A stretch of DNA of 64,000 nt from a virus: positions 1-64,000 of the IMG/VR virus record IMGVR_UViG_3300008952_002784; one strand, written 5' to 3'. The notes below the pieces were generated by a model that saw only the letters and a list, made by a program, of their open reading frames with translations, was not told the DNA's origin and made no database searches. The translations under genes and the position numbers were made by a program. Position 1 is the first letter of the stretch; each line of letters starts with the position of its first letter. Of this stretch, positions 27,146 to 35,676 are shown piece by piece.

Positions 27146-29499
27146 TGGCAATAGTCGTTGATAATATTACAATTGACGGTACTGAGATTGATCTCTCATC
27201 AGGGAGTCTTACACTAGATGTTGCAGGTGACATTATACTAGATGCTGCTGGAGATCAGATATACTTCAAAGATGCAGGTTCTACTAGATTTACCTTCAAT
27301 TTAGACTCAACTCCGGAGCTTGACGTTACAGGAGATTTCACAATCGACTGTTCAGGTGACATTGTATTAGATGCTGCTGGAGATCAAATTACTTTCAAAG
27401 ATGCAGGTTCTACTAGATATGTTTTCAATTTAGACTCAACTCCGGAGCTTGATATTACAGGAGATTTCACAATCGACTGTTCAGGTGACATTGTATTAGA
27501 TGCAGATGGTGGTCAGATTACATTTAAAGACGGCACAGCATCACACTTCTTATTTGACTGTGATAATACTGCACTCACAATATATGATGATTTCAACTCT
27601 AGCGACTATCTTAAGATTGCTGTCGGTACCAACGGTGGATCAACTATATCAACATATGATAACGATGGGGAATTAGGAACCCTAACTCTAGACGTTGATG
27701 GAGACATTACTTTAGATGCTGACGGCGGGCAAATATACTTCAAAGACGCAGGTGTGGCTAGTTTTACCTTCAATTTAGACTCAACTCCGGAGCTTGACGT
27801 TACAGGAGATTTCACAATCGACTGTTCAGGTGACATTGTATTAGATGCCGCCGGCAGTAACATCACATTCAAAGAAACTGGCACAACTAGATTTGATTTT
27901 ACGCTAGACGCAACGCCAGAAATAGCTATTACTGGTAGTACTTTTACACTAGACTGTTCAGGTGACATTGTATTAGATGCAGATGGCGGGCAAATTCACA
28001 TGAAAGATGGTGGAGCGTCACAGTTTCTATTTGACATGGATAATACATCGTTTGTAATATATGACGATGTAACATCTTCTGACTATTTGAAATTTCTAGT
28101 TACAGCTAACGCAGCTACTACAATTTCTACTGTAGACAACGACGGAGAGTTAGGACATCTAACCCTAGATATTGATGGTGACATTGTACTAGATGCTGAT
28201 GGTGGTCAGATTACATTTAAAGACGGTGGAACATCACGTTTTGTTTTCAATCTAGATAGCACGCCAGAAGTTGACATCACGGGAGATTTTACTCTAGACT
28301 GTTCAGCTGACGTTTATATTGATGCCGGTGGCTCGCAAATATATTTTCAGACCGGTGCGAATTACCCACTTAAGTTTTCGAACAGTGCGGGTGAATGGAC
28401 AATTGAGAATGAAACGTCGAATAAAGATATTATTTTCAAGGTCAATGACGGCGGTGTGTCTACAGAAGTTATGAGATTAGACGGCACCACCGGGTGGGTG
28501 GGAATTGGTGACACAACGCCGTCTGCCAAAATAGAGCTCTATCAAGACACTAATAGTATTGCATTTAGGGCTACAAGTGACTCCACTAGTCAAAAAGTTG
28601 TATCGATTGTTGGTGACTCGCTAACATCTGGCAATGCATTATATGTCAAATCAAATTCTAGTTCAACTAGCACTCGCTCTATAGCAAAAATACATCAAGA
28701 CCATGGTAGTGCAACAGGGACTACTACCCTAGAATTAGTTAATGACTCTTCAACTGCTGATCTTCTAAATTGTAAATACGCGTCGACGTCTAGATTCAGA
28801 ATTCAAACAGACGGTAAGGTGGGAATAGGATCTACTGCGCCGACATCTTTATTTCATGTATTTGGAAGTACCTCACATACATCACCAATGATTAAATTTG
28901 AGAGTGGTGATACTTCACTGTCTGCTGATCAAGCAATATTAGAAATTGATTCTGGGGATTCATCGTTTTTGTCTAACAATTATTTTATTGAATTTACGTG
29001 TAATGGAACAATATTGGGATCTATTAATTCTGAGGTTGCTTACAGTACATTTACCGGACAGCATCCTACACAATTACTAAACAATAACGTTCCAGTAAGC
29101 GGCTCTATACTTAAGTCGACAGGAAATGTAATATACCGAAGCGGCTTGTCAAATGCGTGGGTTGAGACGACTGAGACTACCTCTGAAAAAGACAAGTCAG
29201 TTGTTGGTGTTTATCGCGGTGAGTGGTCAACGAAGACTGAAATTTCCGGAATGACACACATATACAATGCATTAGGAGAAGGACAGATTTTAGTAACAGA
29301 TTCAGGTGGTAATATAGAAGCTGGTGATTACATATGCAGTAGTGCTCGACCTGGCCATGGAATGCTGCAAGATGATGACATATTACACAATTACACGGTA
29401 GCTAAGTCGACTGAAACTATTGATTTTTTAGACGTTTCGATCGATCCAGTATTGGGTTACAAATCTTATCTTTTAGCATGCACATACCACGCAGGTTAG
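27145..29499 (+). CDS. Repeat-rich fibre protein with putative C-terminal chaperone/auto-processing domain
   Basis: 43-aa and ~72-aa repeats; C-terminal YSTFTGQH...NALGEGQI...IEAGDYICSS...QDDDILHNYTVAK...ACTYHAG. Confidence 0.72.
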   Translation: MAIVVDNITIDGTEIDLSSGSLTLDVAGDIILDAAGDQIYFKDAGSTRFTFNLDSTPELDVTGDFTIDCSGDIVLDAAGDQITFKDAGSTRYVFNLDSTPELDITGDFTIDCSGDIVLDADGGQITFKDGTASHFLFDCDNTALTIYDDFNSSDYLKIAVGTNGGSTISTYDNDGELGTLTLDVDGDITLDADGGQIYFKDAGVASFTFNLDSTPELDVTGDFTIDCSGDIVLDAAGSNITFKETGTTRFDFTLDATPEIAITGSTFTLDCSGDIVLDADGGQIHMKDGGASQFLFDMDNTSFVIYDDVTSSDYLKFLVTANAATTISTVDNDGELGHLTLDIDGDIVLDADGGQITFKDGGTSRFVFNLDSTPEVDITGDFTLDCSADVYIDAGGSQIYFQTGANYPLKFSNSAGEWTIENETSNKDIIFKVNDGGVSTEVMRLDGTTGWVGIGDTTPSAKIELYQDTNSIAFRATSDSTSQKVVSIVGDSLTSGNALYVKSNSSSTSTRSIAKIHQDHGSATGTTTLELVNDSSTADLLNCKYASTSRFRIQTDGKVGIGSTAPTSLFHVFGSTSHTSPMIKFESGDTSLSADQAILEIDSGDSSFLSNNYFIEFTCNGTILGSINSEVAYSTFTGQHPTQLLNNNVPVSGSILKSTGNVIYRSGLSNAWVETTETTSEKDKSVVGVYRGEWSTKTEISGMTHIYNALGEGQILVTDSGGNIEAGDYICSSARPGHGMLQDDDILHNYTVAKSTETIDFLDVSIDPVLGYKSYLLACTYHAG
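27241..28323 (+). repeat. Higher-order intragenic repeats (A-A-B-A-A-B-A)
   Basis: A = 43-aa unit (129-bp period, 27241/27370); 86 bp identical between 27289-27374 and 27763-27848. Confidence 0.88.
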
Positions 29500-29592
29500 T
29501 ACTTAATTATCTCAACTTTATTTAAACCGTGACTTTCCCACTTTTACGTAACGTTCAGATCTGATAAATCACCTTTACCTCATCTTATTCAT

Positions 29593-29740
29593 TTAATTAA
29601 GTAATTGTTTAATTAAGTAATTGTTTAATTAAGTAATTAGAGAATTTAAGTAATTGTTTAATTTAAGTAATTGTTTAATTTAAGTAATTGTTTAATTTAA
29701 GTAATTGTTTTAATTGAGTAATTGTTTTAATTGAGAATTC
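29593..29740. repeat. AT-rich tandem array of 16-18-bp units (AATT[T]AAGTAATTGTTT), about 8 copies plus one degenerate; candidate replication origin
   Basis: Directly visible head-to-tail repeats in the largest non-coding gap; no spacers. Confidence 0.9.
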
Positions 29741-29816
29741 TTAAGATGTTTTAAAGATAAGATCAATTTCAGCAATTGTATAAATTATAATTTCAGAATT
29801 ATAATACAAATTATAA

Positions 29817-29845
29817 TTGAACACTACTCAAATCGTACGTAATTT
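29817..29845 (+). promoter_or_regulatory. Putative promoter TTGAAC-N17-TAATTT for the glycan island
   Basis: Upstream of the GAGG RBS and ATG 29888; recurring motif. Confidence 0.5.
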
Positions 29846-29887
29846 CTTTAATAGAATTCTCTTAAGATAGAATTGTGAGGAAATTAT

Positions 29888-31843
29888 ATGTTTGGTAACA
29901 GCCCATTTGATTCAGAGCAGCGTAAACTAATAACTGTGCCTGAATCTGCAAAAATAATATTCGTCTCAGACATGTTTGTTGAAGACTACGTAGGGGGAGC
30001 AGAATTGACATCTGAGGCACTAATAGAAGCCTCTCCGTTTGAAGTTTTTAAGTTACATGCTCGTGATGTAGATCTCAGGCTTCTAGAAGAAGCTCAGAAT
30101 TGTCATTGGATATTCGGAAATTTTGCTTCTTTGAATATGGAATTAATTCCAACTATCTGCGCAAATATCAGATACTCTATTTTAGAGTATGATTATAAAT
30201 TCTGCAAGTACAGATCTCCGGAAAAACATTATGCGTTAGAGAATTCTGATTGTGACTGTGTTGATCAGATAAATGGAAAGATGATATCAGCTTTCTTTTA
30301 CGGTGCTAAATCACTTTGGTGGATGTCAGAAAAACAAATGGAGAGATATCACGAATACTTTCCGTTCCTATCTGAAGTCAACAATGTAGTTCTAAGTTCT
30401 GTCTTTGATGATAAATTTTTCTTAGCACTCAAACTCCTCAAGAAGAAAAACAAAGACATTGAGAGAAAGGGGTGGGTCGTTTTAGGATCAGCTAGCTGGA
30501 TTAAGGGAGCAGATGATGCTAAACAGTGGTGCGAAGATAATAATAAAGATTATCAGATACTTTGGGACACACCCTACGAGTATGTTCTAGAAACTTTGGC
30601 AAAATCTGAAGGTTTTGTCTATCTACCTAAGGGCGGTGACACCTGCCCCAGAATGGTAATAGAAGCTAAATTATTGGGTTGTAAATTACACATCAATGAT
30701 TTTGTTGAGCATAAAGATGAGATATGGTTTGACACATCTGATGAATTTGACACTGAGGCTTATCTTTACGCAGCTAGAGACAGATTCTGGGGCGGCATAA
30801 AATCAGATATGGAATGGTGCCCAACACTTAGCGGCTATATAACTACTCTAGACTGTGATAAAAATAATTATCCATGGCAAGCTTCTATTGAGTCGATGTT
30901 GGGCTTTTGTGATGAAGTCGTAGTTATGGATGGCGGCTCTAAAGATGGCACATGGGAAAAACTTCTAGATTGGTCAAGCAAAGAAGACAATTTACATGCG
31001 CATCAAGTCAAGAGAGACTGGTCGCACCCAAGATTCGCAGTTTACGATGGCGCGAACAAAGCACTAGCACGAGATAAATGCAGTATGGATTTTTGCTGGC
31101 AGCAAGATGCAGACGAAATAGTTCATGAGAATGATTTTCAAAAGATCAAGAATCTGATGATATCATTTCCGGGCAATATTGACATTGTTTGTCTTCCAGT
31201 TGTAGAATACTGGGGAGGAGAAGAAAAAGTCAGGATGGATATCAATCCATGGAAGTGGAGGATAAGCAGAAATATGCCTCACATTACACACGGAATCCCA
31301 GGTGCACTGAGACTTAAAGATGAAGATGGTTCACTATATGCTCAACCAGGCACAGACGGATGTGACTACATAGATTCTAATACATATGACCCAATTCCTC
31401 ATGCTACTTTCTACAATACTGAAGCTCACAATTGCAAGATCAAGGCATTAGAGGGAGACACGGTATCACATACAAATTATTCTAAGTGGTTTGAAAGATG
31501 TGTTGATTTACTTCCGACAGTGCATCATTACTCATGGTTTGATTTAACTAGAAAGATTAAGACATACAGAGACTACTGGTCACAACATTGGCAAAGTCTG
31601 TACAATATTGAACAAGAAGATACAGCAGAGAATAACATGTTTTTTCAAAAACCATGGTCAGAAGTATCAGATGATGACATTCAAAGTCTATCAGAAGCAC
31701 TTCGTGATAAAACAGGCGGCTGGGTATTTCACACTCCAATCGATTTTTCGAAACCCAACCCCCATGTAACACTCAAATCAGATCACCCAAAGTATATATG
31801 GTCATGGCTGGGTCGCACTCAAGAGAGCACTAATGAAGGATAA
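29888..31843 (+). CDS. Two-domain glycosyltransferase (GT-B/GT4-like fused to GT-A/GT2-like)
   Basis: N-terminal VGGAE...DTCPRMVIEAKLLGC; C-terminal DEVVVMDGGSKDGT...QQDADE. Confidence 0.8.
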   Translation: MFGNSPFDSEQRKLITVPESAKIIFVSDMFVEDYVGGAELTSEALIEASPFEVFKLHARDVDLRLLEEAQNCHWIFGNFASLNMELIPTICANIRYSILEYDYKFCKYRSPEKHYALENSDCDCVDQINGKMISAFFYGAKSLWWMSEKQMERYHEYFPFLSEVNNVVLSSVFDDKFFLALKLLKKKNKDIERKGWVVLGSASWIKGADDAKQWCEDNNKDYQILWDTPYEYVLETLAKSEGFVYLPKGGDTCPRMVIEAKLLGCKLHINDFVEHKDEIWFDTSDEFDTEAYLYAARDRFWGGIKSDMEWCPTLSGYITTLDCDKNNYPWQASIESMLGFCDEVVVMDGGSKDGTWEKLLDWSSKEDNLHAHQVKRDWSHPRFAVYDGANKALARDKCSMDFCWQQDADEIVHENDFQKIKNLMISFPGNIDIVCLPVVEYWGGEEKVRMDINPWKWRISRNMPHITHGIPGALRLKDEDGSLYAQPGTDGCDYIDSNTYDPIPHATFYNTEAHNCKIKALEGDTVSHTNYSKWFERCVDLLPTVHHYSWFDLTRKIKTYRDYWSQHWQSLYNIEQEDTAENNMFFQKPWSEVSDDDIQSLSEALRDKTGGWVFHTPIDFSKPNPHVTLKSDHPKYIWSWLGRTQESTNEG

Positions 31844-32558
31844 TCGATTTGTTTTCATAATGCCGGCATTCAATGCCGAAGCTACAATTGCCAGAAGTAT
31901 AATGTCAGTTTGGTTTCAAACTCATGAAAACTGGAAGATTATAATTCGTGATGACTGTTCAACAGATAGAACTCCTGATATGGTCAACCTTATCAAGCAG
32001 CAGCTAGCTATCCCTGATGATAAAATATCGCTAACAGTTAATAGTGAAAAGCACTGGGAAGTGAAGAATATTGTTGAGTCTTTGAAAGAATGTGATTCGA
32101 ATGACATTATTTGTAGGCTAGACGGCGATGACTGGCTTTGTGACTGTGATGCGCTCAGTATCATTAACAATCGATACCAGCAGAAAAATTATGACGCAAT
32201 TTGGACAGCACATCGATGGGATTATACACACAATAATATATCCCGGTCATTGCCGACAACCGCAGATCCATACAAACATCAATGGGTCTCTTCACATCTT
32301 AAAACGTTTAGAAAAAGAATCATTGAAGACGTAAAAGATGAAAACTTTAGAGGTCCAGATGGAGATTACTTCAAGAGGATAGGTGATCAAACAATATACT
32401 TGCCAGTATTACATCAAGCCGCCGGCAATTGGCATTATGAGCCAATAGTTGCATATCACTACTCTATAGACATGAGCCCAAATACATTCCAGTCAGATGA
32501 TGCCAAATTTCAGAAGTCCGAGGGTGAATTTCTCCGGACACGAGGTTTTATTTCATGA
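31833..32558 (+). CDS. Glycosyltransferase family 2
   Basis: IMPAFNAE, RDDCSTD and RLDGDDWL. Confidence 0.88.
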   Translation: MKDNRFVFIMPAFNAEATIARSIMSVWFQTHENWKIIIRDDCSTDRTPDMVNLIKQQLAIPDDKISLTVNSEKHWEVKNIVESLKECDSNDIICRLDGDDWLCDCDALSIINNRYQQKNYDAIWTAHRWDYTHNNISRSLPTTADPYKHQWVSSHLKTFRKRIIEDVKDENFRGPDGDYFKRIGDQTIYLPVLHQAAGNWHYEPIVAYHYSIDMSPNTFQSDDAKFQKSEGEFLRTRGFIS

Positions 32559-33481
32559 AAGTATTCTTCAATAGAGTCCCTCGAGATGAACCGTACGGCG
32601 GCGGCAATCAATTTTTATCTGCTATGGTCAAACATCTTGTCAATCATGATCATGAAGTTACTTTCAATCTTGAGGAAAATATTGACATAATATTTTTGAT
32701 GGATCCTCGGCCTGGTGACATAGGATACTCAATTGAGCATGTTTCTAGATATAAATCAGCGCATCCAGAAACTAAAATACTACACAGAGTAAATGAATGC
32801 GACAAAAGAAAAGATACTAGCTTTATCGATAAGATTTTACTAGACTCAGCAAATATTTCTGACGAAGTAGTTTTTATAAGCCAGTGGTTGGCAGACTATT
32901 TTGTGAACGCCGGTTACGACAAAGATTATCATGTAATTTATAATGGCTGCAATGCAGATCATTTCTATCCAGGTAACAGAAAAATAGTTACACATAAACC
33001 GAAATTAGTAACACATCACTGGTCTGACAACTGGATGAAGGGGTTTGATTTGTATACAGAGATAGATCGTTATCTTCAAGACAATGACGACTTTGAATTT
33101 ACGTATGTAGGTAGGTATAATAAAACCTACTCTCCAAGCGCTACATCAATTGTTGGCCCGCTTTCCGGAGCATCACTCGGTAATGAACTAAGAAAGCATG
33201 ACATATATGTTACAGCTAGCAAATTTGAGCCGTGCGGAATGCATCATATTGAAGGCGCTGCGTCAGGAATGCCTGTTATATATCACACTGATACAGGGGG
33301 AATAAAAGAGCTATGCAAACAGCATGGCGAAGAGTACGAGACATTTCATCAGTTTCTTAATGCTATCGATATTATTGTCAAAGATTATAAATCCTATGTA
33401 TCAAAAATTGACACCGAATTTATGAATATTGATAGATGTGTATCACAATACTACAATATAATTGAATCAATGGTGAATTAG
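32555..33481 (+). CDS. Glycosyltransferase (GT4-like)
   Basis: YGGGNQF, KGFD and EPCGMHHIEGAASGMPV (Ex7E). Confidence 0.85.
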   Translation: MKVFFNRVPRDEPYGGGNQFLSAMVKHLVNHDHEVTFNLEENIDIIFLMDPRPGDIGYSIEHVSRYKSAHPETKILHRVNECDKRKDTSFIDKILLDSANISDEVVFISQWLADYFVNAGYDKDYHVIYNGCNADHFYPGNRKIVTHKPKLVTHHWSDNWMKGFDLYTEIDRYLQDNDDFEFTYVGRYNKTYSPSATSIVGPLSGASLGNELRKHDIYVTASKFEPCGMHHIEGAASGMPVIYHTDTGGIKELCKQHGEEYETFHQFLNAIDIIVKDYKSYVSKIDTEFMNIDRCVSQYYNIIESMVN

Positions 33482-34401
33482 TGAATATTCATTTTTCTAA
33501 TGTCAATTTTTCTTCGTCCACGGGACCCAATACATTTGCTGCAAGACTAGCTAGCGAGTTGATGTCATTTGGCCACGAGCTAGTACCAGCTAGTGATCAG
33601 TATGATTCTTTGCTAGCATTTATTGAGCCGGTTACTATTCCACGCCCAAATGCCAAAACAATTCAGCGTCTAGACGGAATTTGGTTCAAGCCAGATGAGT
33701 TTTATATCAAGAATCAACATATCAAGTGGGCATACGATAATTTTGATCACATCATATGGCAGTCTGAGTTTGATAAAAAAATGACAGAGTATCACTGGGG
33801 CGCCCGGGTCGGCTCAGTGATAAGAAATGGAATTGCTATTGAGCGATCGATACCCTCTAATGAAAATTTACTAAAACTTAGAAAGAAATATGACTACCTA
33901 TTTGTTTGTTCTGCCAATTGGCATCGACAAAAGCGCCTAAGAGAAAATATAGATCTATTTCTGAATCTCAAAAAGAACTCAAAGTATGAAAATTCAGGAC
34001 TCATTGTGTTAGGCAATAACCCTGATCATATAGTAGATAATTCTAGTATATACTACGCAGGCTCAGTTCCACACAGCTTATGTCTAGAAATATATTCAGC
34101 AGCAGACTGGATGATACACTTAGCTTGGTTAGATCACTGTCCAAATGTTGTTGTTGAGTCTTTATCACAGCAGTGTCCTGTTATATGCTCTTCTTCAGGG
34201 GGCACAAAAGAAATAGTAAAAAATAACGGATTGATTATCCAAGAAGATAAAGAGTACAAGTATGAGCTTCTAGACTATGATTCTCCCTATAAATTAGATA
34301 TATCTAAAATTACAGACTTGCCAACCATCGATGTATCTTGCGATTATCTCAACATAAACACTATTGCGAAAGAATATGAGCGTATTTGTACTAGCACCTA
34401 A
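33481..34401 (+). CDS. Glycosyltransferase (GT4-like)
   Basis: IRNG, QKRL and DHCPNVVVESLSQQCPVI...GGTKE. Confidence 0.85.
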   Translation: MNIHFSNVNFSSSTGPNTFAARLASELMSFGHELVPASDQYDSLLAFIEPVTIPRPNAKTIQRLDGIWFKPDEFYIKNQHIKWAYDNFDHIIWQSEFDKKMTEYHWGARVGSVIRNGIAIERSIPSNENLLKLRKKYDYLFVCSANWHRQKRLRENIDLFLNLKKNSKYENSGLIVLGNNPDHIVDNSSIYYAGSVPHSLCLEIYSAADWMIHLAWLDHCPNVVVESLSQQCPVICSSSGGTKEIVKNNGLIIQEDKEYKYELLDYDSPYKLDISKITDLPTIDVSCDYLNINTIAKEYERICTST

Positions 34402-35326
34402 AGAAGACTGGATATGTGATAGATTTGTAACTGAGTGGAATCAGGCACAACCCTACCCTACATCAACATCTATAGAAGACTCGAGTGTCATTTGGTTGTT
34501 GGCTGACTGGTGCTGGAATAAAGTAAGTCCCAATCTACTCATACAAAAAAAAGTTGTTGCATCTGTTCACCATATTGTACCTAACAAATTTGATAAACAG
34601 CAGAAAGAAGATTTTCTAGAAAGAGACAAGTACGTCGATTTATATCATGTCCCATGTGAGAAAACAAAAGAGCAAATATTACCGTATACCAAAAAGCCCA
34701 TATGGGTCCAGCCTTTTTGGGTAAATCAAAACATATGGAAGGGGTTATCTAAAAAGTTACGTCAAGATATACGAACTCAATATGGTATTTCTGACAATTG
34801 TTTCCTTATAGGATCGTTCCAGAGAGACACAGAGGGCCATGATCTTAAGAGTCCCAAATTAGAAAAAGGTCCAGATCTTTTTTGTGATGCTGTTGAAGAG
34901 CTTAGAGACTTCTACAAGACAAAGAATGTAGAGGTTCGTGTGCTTCTAGCAGGGTGGCGACGTCAGTATGTCATTCGAAGATTGAAAGATGCTAATATTC
35001 CGTATTACTATTCTGAGCTTCCGCCGATGTCTGACATCAATACATTTTATAATATTTTAGATCTATACATTGTTGCAGCAAGGTTTGAAGGTGGACCACA
35101 ATCAATTGTTGAATGTGCACTTACAAAAACACCAATTGTGTCAACAGATGTAGGAATATCTGATATAATTCTAAGCCCAGGTTCAATATTTCAACCCGGA
35201 AATGTAAAAATGGCTAAGCCTGATGTAGAATATGCATATGAAAGTGTGTCCCAATACTCTATGCCTACCGGATTTATGCCGTTTGTTACAATGTTTGAAA
35301 AGCTCATGAGCACTAGCAATGACTAA
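34376..35326 (+). CDS. Glycosyltransferase (GT4-like)
   Basis: EKGPD and EGGPQSIVECALTKTPIVSTDVG; start moved to ATG 34376. Confidence 0.85.
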   Translation: MSVFVLAPKEDWICDRFVTEWNQAQPYPTSTSIEDSSVIWLLADWCWNKVSPNLLIQKKVVASVHHIVPNKFDKQQKEDFLERDKYVDLYHVPCEKTKEQILPYTKKPIWVQPFWVNQNIWKGLSKKLRQDIRTQYGISDNCFLIGSFQRDTEGHDLKSPKLEKGPDLFCDAVEELRDFYKTKNVEVRVLLAGWRRQYVIRRLKDANIPYYYSELPPMSDINTFYNILDLYIVAARFEGGPQSIVECALTKTPIVSTDVGISDIILSPGSIFQPGNVKMAKPDVEYAYESVSQYSMPTGFMPFVTMFEKLMSTSND

Positions 35327-35663
35327 TCAGCGTCCATGGGGAACGTATACTGTTTTGCACGACCCAGATGACTGCAAAGTTAAAAGAATATCAGTGCTAC
35401 CGGGACAACAGTTAAGCTACCAATATCACCATCATAGATCTGAAGTGTGGGTATTTTTATCAGGCATAGGAAAAGTAATTCTAGACGGGCATGAAATAGA
35501 CGTATCACCTGGAAAGATTGTCCAAATACCCGCCCTGTCTAAACATAGAATTAGAAATACAGGAAACAAGAATCTAGACCTAATTGAAGTACAATTAGGT
35601 GCCTATTTCGGTGAAGATGACATCGTCAGGCTAGAAGATGATTACGACAGAGTACAAACATAG
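35319..35663 (+). CDS. Mannose-6-phosphate isomerase type II cupin domain
   Basis: RPWG, LSYQYHHHRSEVW, HRIRN and IEVQLGAYFGEDDIVRLEDDY. Confidence 0.9.
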   Translation: MTNQRPWGTYTVLHDPDDCKVKRISVLPGQQLSYQYHHHRSEVWVFLSGIGKVILDGHEIDVSPGKIVQIPALSKHRIRNTGNKNLDLIEVQLGAYFGEDDIVRLEDDYDRVQT

Positions 35664-35676
35664 TGAGAGTATTATA

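Noticed and set aside
27241-28323. Diversity-generating retroelement TR/VR pair
   Set aside because: The repeats are all in-frame coding units, the differences are not adenine-specific, and no reverse transcriptase is in the window
29593-29740. CRISPR array
   Set aside because: The units are 16-18 bp and directly adjacent, with no unique spacers and no cas operon
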